Both the position numbers and the translations under genes were made by a program. From Clostridiales bacterium (GTDB lineage Bacteria > Bacillota > Clostridia > Saccharofermentanales > DTU023): a DNA stretch of 64,000 nucleotides. Position 1 is the stretch's first letter, and each line of letters starts with the position of its first letter. Location: the NCBI GenBank assembly GCA_004556455.1, contig SFGY01000005.1:72712-136711 (forward strand). Reading direction: 5' to 3'. Shown piece by piece: positions 54,225-63,058 of the stretch. The notes beneath the pieces were generated by a model. It saw nothing but the letters and a program-made list of their open reading frames with translations, searched no databases and was not told where the DNA came from.

Positions 54225-55571
54225 ATGAGTCATCAAAGCCAATGGACCTCACGTTTCGGTTATATTATGACCGCCGCAGGATTTTCGATCGGCCTTGGCA
54301 ATATCTGGCGCTTTCCTTATCTCACGGGTACGGAAGGCGGCGGAGCCTTCGTTATCATTTATGTGTTGATGGCGCTTCTGATCGGTATCCCGCTATTTAT
54401 TATGGAAACCGGCCTTGGCCGGAAAACAAAGCTCTCGCCTGTTGAGGGTATGAGAAAATTAAATGGACGCGGAAATATCTGGAACTCCCTTGCCTGGCTT
54501 GGAGTTGCGGCAGCTTTCTTTATTCTTACCTATTACATACAGATCATGGGATGGATCGTGAGCTATTTCATCCGCATGGCCGGTGGTTTAATGAAGGGTC
54601 AGAACTACGAGGAAACGAAAGCAGCGTTTGACAGTTTTCGCGGGAATTGGCCCGCCTTGCTGATCTTTACCCTGATCTGCATGGCGATCGTGGCTGTTAT
54701 TTCAGCCGCTGGACTGGAAAAGGGAGTTGAGAAAACCTGTAAGGTGATCATGCCCCTGCTTTTCATTATGCTGGTCATGCTGGCCATACGTTCTTTAACC
54801 ATGCCAAATGCTTTCGAAGGCGCGAAATGGTATCTGACCCCTGATTTCAGCAGGGTCACGGGAAAAACGTTTCTCAATGCTCTGGGACAGATTTTCTTCT
54901 CCATTGGCATTGCCAGTGGGGGTGCTCTGGTCTATGGCTCTTATCTGGATGATAAGTCGGATATGATCACGGATTGTTCTCTGGTGGTCATCCTCGATAC
55001 AGGAGCCGCTTTGCTGGCCGGCCTTGTGATTTTTCCTGCCATAATCTCCATGGGTCTTGAACCAGGTTCTGGTCCGGGTCTGCTCTTCGTCAGCATGAGC
55101 CGGATTTTCTCGGATATGCCTTTCGGTCAGTTCTTCGGCGCGGTTTTCTTCCTACTGGTCTTTTTCGCGGCTCTCTCCAGTGCACTGGGTTACCTTGAAC
55201 CGGTGGCGACGACGGTTCGTGACAATTTTAAGATCAGCCGTCCCGCTGCCGTCTGGTCTTCTCTGATCGCGGCTATTCTGGTAGGTTTACCTGCGATTCT
55301 GTCTGAGGGACCTTTGAAAAATGTCAGGATTTTGGGCATGAATCTTTTCGATGCCGATGACTTTTTCTCCGGAAATGTCCTTATGCCCCTCGGGGCCATC
55401 GTCCTCATTTTTTACGTGATCTTCAAATGGAAATATGAAGGTCTGAGAGATGATGTCAACAAAGGCGCCAGAAACATCAAAGTAGCTCCTTATTGGAAGA
55501 TTTTGATTTATGGCTTAATTCCCATTGCGCTGGTCATTATCTTTGTCACGGGCATCATAAGCGTATTCTGA
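54225..55571 (+). CDS. sodium:neurotransmitter symporter (NSS/SNF) family transporter
   Basis: GLGNIWRFPYL signature, about 12 TM, 448 aa. Confidence 0.9.
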   Translation: MSHQSQWTSRFGYIMTAAGFSIGLGNIWRFPYLTGTEGGGAFVIIYVLMALLIGIPLFIMETGLGRKTKLSPVEGMRKLNGRGNIWNSLAWLGVAAAFFILTYYIQIMGWIVSYFIRMAGGLMKGQNYEETKAAFDSFRGNWPALLIFTLICMAIVAVISAAGLEKGVEKTCKVIMPLLFIMLVMLAIRSLTMPNAFEGAKWYLTPDFSRVTGKTFLNALGQIFFSIGIASGGALVYGSYLDDKSDMITDCSLVVILDTGAALLAGLVIFPAIISMGLEPGSGPGLLFVSMSRIFSDMPFGQFFGAVFFLLVFFAALSSALGYLEPVATTVRDNFKISRPAAVWSSLIAAILVGLPAILSEGPLKNVRILGMNLFDADDFFSGNVLMPLGAIVLIFYVIFKWKYEGLRDDVNKGARNIKVAPYWKILIYGLIPIALVIIFVTGIISVF

Positions 55572-55590
55572 CGCTTGTGACGGCAAGCCC

Positions 55591-55619
55591 TTGATTTCTT
55601 TATTATGACTTGCTATTAT
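55591..55619 (+). promoter_or_regulatory. candidate promoter of rpsT
   Basis: TTGATT, 17-nt spacer, TATTAT. Confidence 0.5.
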
Positions 55620-55671
55620 TCTTAGGCGCCTTTTTTTGAGGCTGCAAATCATGCGCAGGAGGTGAAAGCAA

Positions 55672-55935
55672 ATGCCCAATATTAAGTCGGCGATTAAACG
55701 TGTTGCATCTAATGATCGCAAGGCGGAGTTCAATAAAAACAAAAAAAGTGAATTGAAGACTGTGCTCAAAAAAGCCCAGGTCGCTTTGGACGCCTCTGCG
55801 GATGATATGGCTGAGAGCGTTAAACTGGCCAGTCAAAAACTGGACAAAGCGGTTTCCCGCGGTCTCATCCATAAGAATCGTGCATCACGTAAAAAGTCCC
55901 AGCTTGTTCGTCATCTGAATGAGAAAAAAGCCTGA
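55672..55935 (+). CDS. rpsT: 30S ribosomal protein S20
   Basis: MPNIKSAIKRV... start, 87 aa, basic. Confidence 0.92.
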   Translation: MPNIKSAIKRVASNDRKAEFNKNKKSELKTVLKKAQVALDASADDMAESVKLASQKLDKAVSRGLIHKNRASRKKSQLVRHLNEKKA

Positions 55936-55962
55936 GGCTTTTGTCCTGAGATGTTCAATTAT

Positions 55963-55985
55963 AAAGCGGCTTCGGCCGCTTTTTT
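55963..55985 (+). terminator. Rho-independent terminator after rpsT
   Basis: gcggc-ttcg-gccgc hairpin followed by T6. Confidence 0.8.
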
Positions 55986-56188
55986 CATGGCAGTTTCAAA
56001 CCGCTGTGTTTATGGGGCATCAGACTAAAGCCTTCGGCTCCTTCTATAGCCAGGCGCAGGCTGCAGGACACAGAATTCAGAACACGCATTGCTAAAGGCG
56101 AGAAGGCTCCGAAGGTTCCCGTAGACCGGTCTTGCCTTTCGGATGCGACAGAAGTGCACGACATCGCTCTATGACCAGAGGAGTATAT

Positions 56189-57196
56189 ATGAAACGGGCC
56201 TTTTTCTTTTCAGATTCACAGCGGCCAAGCTTCAATCTTGCCCTGGAAGAAGTGTTTTTCCGCAACTTGCCAGAACTGGGGCTGGATGGGCTGATTTATT
56301 TTTATGTCAACCAGCCTTCGCTTATTATCGGGCGCAGCCAAAATGCCTTTCGCGAAATCGACTGGCTGGGGGCGGAGCAGTGGGGGATTCCCATTTTGCG
56401 GAGACTAAGTGGGGGCGGCGCGGTTTACCACGACCTGAACAACCTCAATTTCAGCTTTATTGTGAAGCGTCAGGAAAACCTGATTATAAATTTTCAAGCC
56501 TTTCTTGAACCGGTTATCGCCTATTTACAAAGTCTTCATATTGCGGCCGAATTGAGTGGCCCCAGCGATTTGCGTGTCGACGGCAAAAAAATATCCGGTA
56601 ATGCCCAGGCTCTTGACAAAGAAGTGATTCTTGAGCACGGCACTCTGCTTTTTGACAGCGAATTAACTGTACTCGGCACAATGTTGCATCACAGACAAGA
56701 TGGACTGATCTCCCGCTCTGTGGAGTCCAATCAGGCAGACGTCGCTAATCTGTCGGATTATCTGGAAGCGCCCATGAGCTTTGAGGCTTTTGCCCAGGGC
56801 CTCAGCGATTTTTTACAGAGCGAGCAGGAGAGTCTTCCTCTCACCAGACATGAAACCCTGCTCGAAAAAGCTGCCGAACTGGAGAAAAGTCGTTATCTCA
56901 CGCGAGCCTGGAATATGGAGCGCTGCGCTAAATTTTCTCTCAAACGTCAATGGCGGGGCTGGGACTTTTCTCTGCTCGTCGAGCGCGGAAGCATCAGCGA
57001 AATGACTTGCGTTAAGACGGGGGACTTGCCCAATGGTTCCTTAAATCAGCTCAGTGCTTCTGAGGCGGCGACCATCTGTCAGAGTCTTCAATCTGTACAG
57101 CTGTACGGCCCTGATCTTCGTGCAGCTTTGCCGTTTTTAGAGGCAGCTGCTGCCGATTCTTTGCTCGCAAGCCTTTTTCGCCCAAGGCCCCTGTAA
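56189..57196 (+). CDS. lipoate--protein ligase family protein (LplA paralogue 1)
   Basis: NLALEEVFF..., RRLSGGGAVYHDLNNLNFSF and KISGNAQ motifs of the BPL_LplA_LipB fold plus a C-terminal accessory domain. Confidence 0.8.
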   Translation: MKRAFFFSDSQRPSFNLALEEVFFRNLPELGLDGLIYFYVNQPSLIIGRSQNAFREIDWLGAEQWGIPILRRLSGGGAVYHDLNNLNFSFIVKRQENLIINFQAFLEPVIAYLQSLHIAAELSGPSDLRVDGKKISGNAQALDKEVILEHGTLLFDSELTVLGTMLHHRQDGLISRSVESNQADVANLSDYLEAPMSFEAFAQGLSDFLQSEQESLPLTRHETLLEKAAELEKSRYLTRAWNMERCAKFSLKRQWRGWDFSLLVERGSISEMTCVKTGDLPNGSLNQLSASEAATICQSLQSVQLYGPDLRAALPFLEAAAADSLLASLFRPRPL

Positions 57197-57382
57197 GCTT
57201 GCTGGCCAGTGCAAGCGGCTTGCCTCAGCAGACCTTCTTCGACTAAAATAATTTTGCTGTCGACTTCTTGATGCAGAGTCAAAGCTTCGTAGATCGGCGG
57301 CAAATCGTCAATTGCTCATAATAGCTAAGAGCAGTGGCTGCTTCTGTAGCAGCGGTTTTATAAGAAGCCGGGAGGAGTTAGG

Positions 57383-57625
57383 ATGATTAAAGAAATTTGT
57401 GTTCCTAAACTTGGAGCAAAAATGGAGCAAGCTGTTCTCGTCAGCTGGAATAAAGGAGTCGGCGACTGCGTCGAAGAAGGCGAAGCCCTGTTCGAGGTGG
57501 AAACGGATAAGGTCGTGAGTGAAATTGAAGCGGAAGCCAGCGGCAGACTGAGTAAGATACTGGTTCAGGAAGGCGAGGAAGTCCTCCCTGGTCGGGTCGT
57601 AGCCGAGATAGAAGTGGCTGACTGA
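57383..57625 (+). CDS. free-standing lipoyl/biotinyl attachment domain protein (80 aa)
   Basis: VETDKVVSEIEA lipoyl-lysine motif in a single hybrid-barrel-sized ORF; GGAGG RBS. Confidence 0.75.
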   Translation: MIKEICVPKLGAKMEQAVLVSWNKGVGDCVEEGEALFEVETDKVVSEIEAEASGRLSKILVQEGEEVLPGRVVAEIEVAD

Positions 57626-57706
57626 GTCAATTTCGCAGCGTCAGCTCTCGAAAAGCAAAGTGATCAGCCAGTGCCTTTGATTAGTCCTGGTCCGTTAATT
57701 GGTGAA

Positions 57707-58708
57707 ATGAGTAAAGATAATATTCAAAACAACATTCAGAGCGAAAGTCAGAAAGACAGGCCGGGAGAAGATAAAATTTTTCCCACAAAAGCGACGTTCA
57801 AGCGGAAGCCTGCCTGGCTGCGGGTGAACCTCAATCCTGAGAAAACGCGTGATGTCGTCGAACTGATGGACAGACTCAATCTCCATACGGTCTGTCGTGA
57901 GGCCCGCTGCCCAAATATGGGGGAGTGCTATGAGCGCCACACCGCGACCTTCATGATTCTTGGAGCGCATTGTACACGGAATTGCCGTTTCTGTGATGTA
58001 TCCCACGGCAAACCGGAAGCTGTTGATGAGAAAGAGCCGCAGCACCTGGCTGAGGCCGCCAAAGCTCTGGGCCTCTGGCATGTGGTGGTCACTTCTGTCG
58101 ATCGAGATGATCTGCCCGATGGCGGCGCTGCACAGTTTGCCAGGGTGATCCGTGCTTTACACAGCACTCTTCCAGAGGCTTCTGTCGAGGTGCTTATCCC
58201 TGATTTTCGTGGCAGTGAAGAGGCTTTAATGACGGTCCTTGAGGCCGGACCTCAGGTCTTGAACCATAATGTTGAGACGGTAAAAGAACTCTATTCAAGA
58301 GTTCAGCCCTCGGCCAACTACGAGGTGACACTGCAGCTTCTGCGCCGGGCCCGCGACTATGCGGAAGCCCAGAAGGCAGCTCATCCTGAGACCGAAAGAA
58401 TGGTGATTAAAACCGGCATGATGCTCGGACTGGGCGAGACCGACGAAGAGATTAAAGTTCTTTTCCAGGATCTCGTTGCTGCCGGGACAGATGTTTTGAC
58501 CCTTGGCCAGTATCTGCGCCCCTCAGAAGAACAGTTGCCGGTTGAGCGCTATGTCAGCCCGGAAGACTTTGCACGTTATCGGGAGATGGCTCTGGAAGCC
58601 GGCTTTGCTTATGTCGCGGCAAGTCCCCTTGTGCGCAGCTCCTATCATGCGGAAGAAGCGCTGGAAGCGGTGCGCGCCCGTGAAGGGAAGAAGGGTCCTG
58701 AAGCATGA
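57707..58708 (+). CDS. lipA: lipoyl synthase
   Basis: CREARCPNMGEC and radical-SAM CTRNCRFC motifs. The start is uncertain (the ORF is open from 57671). Confidence 0.9.
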   Translation: MSKDNIQNNIQSESQKDRPGEDKIFPTKATFKRKPAWLRVNLNPEKTRDVVELMDRLNLHTVCREARCPNMGECYERHTATFMILGAHCTRNCRFCDVSHGKPEAVDEKEPQHLAEAAKALGLWHVVVTSVDRDDLPDGGAAQFARVIRALHSTLPEASVEVLIPDFRGSEEALMTVLEAGPQVLNHNVETVKELYSRVQPSANYEVTLQLLRRARDYAEAQKAAHPETERMVIKTGMMLGLGETDEEIKVLFQDLVAAGTDVLTLGQYLRPSEEQLPVERYVSPEDFARYREMALEAGFAYVAASPLVRSSYHAEEALEAVRAREGKKGPEA

Positions 58709-59724
58709 GTATTCCTATTATTTATGTGCCCAATCACTCGCTCGATGTCTACTATAACTTTGGTGTTGAGTCGCTCTTTGTGCAGCAAAAGAAATGGCGG
58801 GACAAGCGGGTCTTTCTTCTTTGGAGGACAGAGCCTGCCTTGATGCTGGGCCGTTATCAGGATGCTTTGAGCGAAATCAATACGGCCTATGCAAAGGAAA
58901 AGAAAATTCATATCGTCAGGCGCATGTCCGGAGGGGGGACCATTTATACGGATCCCGGAAGCTTCCAATATAGTTTTATTCAAACCCAGGATGGCAGCGA
59001 AATTGAATTTGCCCAATTTATCGAACCTGTGATTAAAGCTCTGCGTGAACTGGGCATTCCCGCCGAATTTAATGGACGCAACGACCTTGTCGTGGCCGGA
59101 AAAAAGTTCTCCGGCTGTGCTCAGTATAAACAGGAGGGCTTTGTCGTCCATCACGGATCGATATTGTTTGATACCAATATCGAACAGATGGTGGCTAGTA
59201 CGACGGTGCAGGATTACAAACTCATCAGCAAGGGCATCCGATCCGTGCGCGAACGTGTCGTCAATCTGCGCGACTGCCTTCCTCCAGAGCATAAAAATAT
59301 GAGCACTGAGGCCTTTGGCGACACTCTGGCCGCCTATCTTGCGAGTGGGGGAAAGACGTCAGAACAAGTGAAAATTTATCAACTCAGTTCTGCAGATCAG
59401 GCCGAAGCCCGACGTCTGGGAGAAAGCGAATATCACAGTGCGGAAGCCATCTGGGGGAAAAACCCCGAATTTTCTCTGGAACTCAGCGGCCACTTTCCCG
59501 GCGGACATGTCAAACTCCTGCTCTCCGTGATCCACGGAAAAATCAGTCGGGCCGACTTGCAAGGCGATTTTTTCGCAGCTCTCAAAGACGGCGAACTGCA
59601 GGAGACGCTTCAAGGGGTCGACTTCAAGCGCGAAGCCGTCCTAACGGCCCTGGAGCAAGCCTCCTTCGGCGACAAAATTTACCACCTCAGCCCACAGGAA
59701 CTGGCTTCACTTATTCCCATCTGA
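58705..59724 (+). CDS. lipoate--protein ligase (LplA paralogue 2)
   Basis: RRMSGGGTIYTDPGSFQYSF, KFSGCAQ motifs plus C-terminal domain; ATGA overlap with lipA. Confidence 0.85.
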   Translation: MSIPIIYVPNHSLDVYYNFGVESLFVQQKKWRDKRVFLLWRTEPALMLGRYQDALSEINTAYAKEKKIHIVRRMSGGGTIYTDPGSFQYSFIQTQDGSEIEFAQFIEPVIKALRELGIPAEFNGRNDLVVAGKKFSGCAQYKQEGFVVHHGSILFDTNIEQMVASTTVQDYKLISKGIRSVRERVVNLRDCLPPEHKNMSTEAFGDTLAAYLASGGKTSEQVKIYQLSSADQAEARRLGESEYHSAEAIWGKNPEFSLELSGHFPGGHVKLLLSVIHGKISRADLQGDFFAALKDGELQETLQGVDFKREAVLTALEQASFGDKIYHLSPQELASLIPI

Positions 59725-59763
59725 GCAGGCTCATCAAAATTTCAGGTGAGAGCTCGCCTGTTC

Positions 59764-59792
59764 TTGCCAAAACGATCTTTTTTCGCTAAACT
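59764..59792 (+). promoter_or_regulatory. candidate promoter of tRNA-Thr
   Basis: TTGCCA, 17-nt spacer, TAAACT, about 10 nt before the tRNA 5' end. Confidence 0.5.
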
Positions 59793-59801
59793 ATTTTAGC
59801 T

Positions 59802-59878
59802 TGCCTGCTTAGCTCAGTTGGTAGAGCAGCTGATTTGTAATCAGCAGGTCGGGGGTTCAAGTCCGTCAGCAGGCTCCA
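59802..59878 (+). tRNA. tRNA-Thr (anticodon UGU)
   Basis: GCCTGCTTAGCTCAGTTGGTAGAGCA 5' half, anticodon loop TTTGTAA, GGTTCAAGTCC T-arm, encoded CCA. Confidence 0.9.
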
Positions 59879-59882
59879 AGTT

Positions 59883-59916
59883 AAAAGCCCCGTAGCTCAA
59901 GGGTTACGGGGCTTTT
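59883..59916 (+). terminator. Rho-independent terminator after tRNA-Thr
   Basis: aaaagccccgta ... tacggggctttt hairpin with T-tail. Confidence 0.85.
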
Positions 59917-60178
59917 CATTTTATACGAACTCAGCATAAATTTGTTTTTGGGTGCATGTTTGGGTGCAATTTTTTTCAAACGCTTTTAATTCTCATAAAA
60001 TCTACGGCTTCTTCAAGCATTTTCGGGGTCCCGTCGACAGAAAGAGGCAAGATAAGCTTATGAAGAAGGTCATAAAATAAAGTAAATCGTCAAACTGTCG
60101 TTTGTCCTGTTCCGGGGGAATAAGCTATAATTATTCCAAGCTTATGACCGCTCACGCGGTTCCACAGTAAGAAAGGTT

Positions 60179-60604
60179 GTGCACGCTATGATTAATGCTA
60201 TCGTTGGACATAAGGGTTCCGGCAAAACAGCCAGAATTGTCAAGGAGATTACTGATGCCGCAAGTCGCTCAGACAGTAATATTGTCTGCATCGAAAATGG
60301 CAAACGCTTTGATAGCATCGTCCCCTATACGGTGCGTCTGATCGACATCCAGGAATATCCTGTCAGCGGCTTTGATGAACTCTTCGCTTTTATCGCCGGG
60401 ATGAATGCCAAGGATTACGACATTTCTCATATCTATATCGATAGCATTTATAAGGTGGCCAAAGAAGAAAACCCGGAGGCTCTGGCGCCTTTCATGGGCA
60501 GACTGAATGGACTGGCCGAAAAAGCGCATGTGAACATCACGCTGACCATTAGTGAAGAACCTGACAAACTTAGCGACGAGGTTCGATCTTATATCAAGTA
60601 TTAA
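60179..60604 (+). CDS. small stand-alone P-loop NTPase-like protein (hypothetical)
   Basis: Walker A GHKGSGKT and Walker-B-like HIYIDS in a 141-aa ORF. Confidence 0.5.
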   Translation: MHAMINAIVGHKGSGKTARIVKEITDAASRSDSNIVCIENGKRFDSIVPYTVRLIDIQEYPVSGFDELFAFIAGMNAKDYDISHIYIDSIYKVAKEENPEALAPFMGRLNGLAEKAHVNITLTISEEPDKLSDEVRSYIKY

Positions 60605-60642
60605 GTCATTTTCAGCGTTTGATTCATAGGAGGTGAAATAAG

Positions 60643-61047
60643 ATGTTAAAGGAATTTAAAGAATTTGCCATGCGTGGCAATGTCATTGACATGGCTGTCG
60701 GTCTTGTCATGGGTGCAGCCTTCAAAGCTATCGTAGATTCTCTTGTAGAGAATATCATCACACCGCTCATTGGTCTTGCCACGGCGGGGATTGATTTTTC
60801 TGATTTGAAAATCGTCCTGAAAAATGCCGTTATTGAAGGTGGAGAGGTGGTGCAGCCGGAGGTCGCTCTCAGTTACGGCTCGGTGATCGACACGATCATC
60901 AAGTTTATCATGATTTCATTTTGCATTTTCCTCATGGTCAAGGCGATCAACAAGATGCACAGAGCGCCTGAGGCTGTGGAAGAAGCTCCCGCTAAATCCG
61001 AAGAGGTTCTCTTGCTTGAAGAAATTCGTGATGCTCTGAAGAAGTAG
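60643..61047 (+). CDS. mscL: large-conductance mechanosensitive channel
   Basis: MLKEFKEFAMRGNVIDMAVG... start, two TM, 134 aa. Confidence 0.92.
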   Translation: MLKEFKEFAMRGNVIDMAVGLVMGAAFKAIVDSLVENIITPLIGLATAGIDFSDLKIVLKNAVIEGGEVVQPEVALSYGSVIDTIIKFIMISFCIFLMVKAINKMHRAPEAVEEAPAKSEEVLLLEEIRDALKK

Positions 61048-61235
61048 CCTGGTCGTATGACATGATTGAGGGGCAGCAATCCTCTTGAAAGCCGAGAGCG
61101 GAACTGCTATACTGAAAAAGCTATCGCTAGATTTGATCTTCGAGAGCGGGGAAACCCGCTCTTCTTTTTTGGAAAAAGTTTTGCCGGGAACAGGCGAAGA
61201 ATAGGCCAAAAACAGCTGAAAGGTTAGAGCCAGGA

Positions 61236-61703
61236 TTGAGCAAACGCAACGAATATGAAGAAAAACTCCTGAAAAGTCTTGAAAACAGCGTTCGGGAGGA
61301 GGGAGCAGAACTTCTCGATCTGCGACTCCTGCGTGAAAGCGGGAATATGATCCTGCGCCTGATTATTGATAAACGTGGTGGCGTTGGCCTTGATGATTGT
61401 GAACGTGTCAGCCATAAGGTTGATCCGCAGATCGATGCCGTGGGTGAGAGCCGTCATGATTTTCTGGAAGTCAGCTCTCCGGGGCTGGAACGTCCGCTGA
61501 CAGAACTGCGCGACTTCCTCCTTCATTTGGATGAGTGGGTCGATATCAGTTTTTATACGAAGCGGCAGGGCAGCAAAATCCTGCACGCCCTTCTCCTGGA
61601 GGCAAATGAAACGGCTCTCAAGGTGAAGACGGAGTCGGGTGAAGAGCTTTCACTGAAAAGAGAGGAACTTGCCCAGGTCAAAAGAAGCCTTGAAATCCAG
61701 TAG
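61236..61703 (+). CDS. rimP: ribosome maturation factor RimP
   Basis: 155-aa ORF (TTG start) with the RimP pattern (LRLIIDK..G..LDDCE.VS, LEVSSPGLERPL), upstream of nusA. Confidence 0.8.
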   Translation: MSKRNEYEEKLLKSLENSVREEGAELLDLRLLRESGNMILRLIIDKRGGVGLDDCERVSHKVDPQIDAVGESRHDFLEVSSPGLERPLTELRDFLLHLDEWVDISFYTKRQGSKILHALLLEANETALKVKTESGEELSLKREELAQVKRSLEIQ

Positions 61704-61814
61704 ATTGAACTGTGGATTTTCTGATCAATAAGCTGTGTGCGTTGCAACACCAAAAGGGGAGCGCTCAGCGCAACCTGTGACAGGCCAAAGGGCCAAAGGA
61801 GTGGAAAAATCGGG

Positions 61815-63020
61815 ATGAACGTCGAATTTATTGAAGCCATCAAACTGCTTGAAAAAGAGCGGGGAATTGATTCCGAGGTGCTCTTCAGTGCTATCGAAGA
61901 AGCCCTTGTCTCAGCCTATAAACGAGAAGTGCCGAGTGCCAGGAATAACGAAAATATAAGTGGCGTGGTCGATCGTGAAACCGGCGAAATGTGGGTCGAA
62001 GTGATGAAGGAAATTGTCGAGGAAGTGGAAGATCCCGATTCTCAGATCGCCCTCGAAGAAGCTGTGGCCTATAATCCGGATTTTGAACCTGGTGACTACA
62101 TTGCCATGGTGGTGAATAAAGACCAATTTGGTCGTCTGGCCGCACAGACCGCCAAAAGTGTGATCAATCAGCGCCTTAGCGAGGCGGAGAGTGAGCGCAT
62201 TCACAATGAATTTTCCAGTCGTGTGGGCCAGTTGGCCTATGGCGTGGTGCAGCGTCGGGATCGCCGCGAAGTGATTGTCGATATTGGCCGTGCCGAAGCA
62301 GTACTTCTGCGCAACGAGCAGTCCCGGCTGGACAGCTATGAGTTTAATCAGCGCATGCGCTTTTATATCCTGAAAGTGGATGAACGCCGCAGTCACCCGG
62401 TTATCTACGTCTCCCGAAGTCATCCCAATCTGGTGCGTCGGCTTTTTGAGCAGGAAGTTCCGGAAATTGGCAGCGGTATCGTGGAGATCGTGGAAGTTTC
62501 CCGCGAAGCAGGCTCGCGCAGCAAGATCGCTGTAAGTTCCAACGATCCTAATGTCGATGCCGTTGGCTCCTGCGTTGGACAGCGTGGGATTCGTGTCCAG
62601 GCCGTTATTGACGAACTGCATGGCGAAAAGATCGACATTATCGAGTGGGATCCGGATATTGTCAACTTCCTTTCGAATGCCCTCTCGCCAGCCAAAGTGG
62701 TGCGTGTGGATCTTTTTGATGAAGACAAGGCAGCCCGCGTGGTTGTGCCGGATCACCAGCTCTCCCTGGCGATTGGCCGTGAAGGCCAGAACGCCAGACT
62801 GGCGGCACGACTCACGGGTTGGAAAATAGATATTAAGAGCGAGAGTCAGTATCACGATCTGATTCAGGAACAGCTGATGCGTCGCTTTGACGCTGCAATG
62901 CTTGAGGCGGGAGCGGATGATGAATCTGCGGAGAACGCCCTGGGGACGCAGCAGGAAGAGACTGAAACAGCGACGGATGCTGCTGTGACGCAAACCGAAC
63001 CCGGATCTGATGAAGCTTAA
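61815..63020 (+). CDS. nusA: transcription termination/antitermination factor NusA
   Basis: MNVEFIEAIKLLEKERGI start, S1 and KH domains (AVGSCVGQRGIRVQAV, GREGQNARLAARLTGWKIDI), acidic tail. Confidence 0.92.
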   Translation: MNVEFIEAIKLLEKERGIDSEVLFSAIEEALVSAYKREVPSARNNENISGVVDRETGEMWVEVMKEIVEEVEDPDSQIALEEAVAYNPDFEPGDYIAMVVNKDQFGRLAAQTAKSVINQRLSEAESERIHNEFSSRVGQLAYGVVQRRDRREVIVDIGRAEAVLLRNEQSRLDSYEFNQRMRFYILKVDERRSHPVIYVSRSHPNLVRRLFEQEVPEIGSGIVEIVEVSREAGSRSKIAVSSNDPNVDAVGSCVGQRGIRVQAVIDELHGEKIDIIEWDPDIVNFLSNALSPAKVVRVDLFDEDKAARVVVPDHQLSLAIGREGQNARLAARLTGWKIDIKSESQYHDLIQEQLMRRFDAAMLEAGADDESAENALGTQQEETETATDAAVTQTEPGSDEA

Positions 63021-63058
63021 TTTTTATTTTGAGCCTTGCGCGGCTCTGTAGGAGGCTT

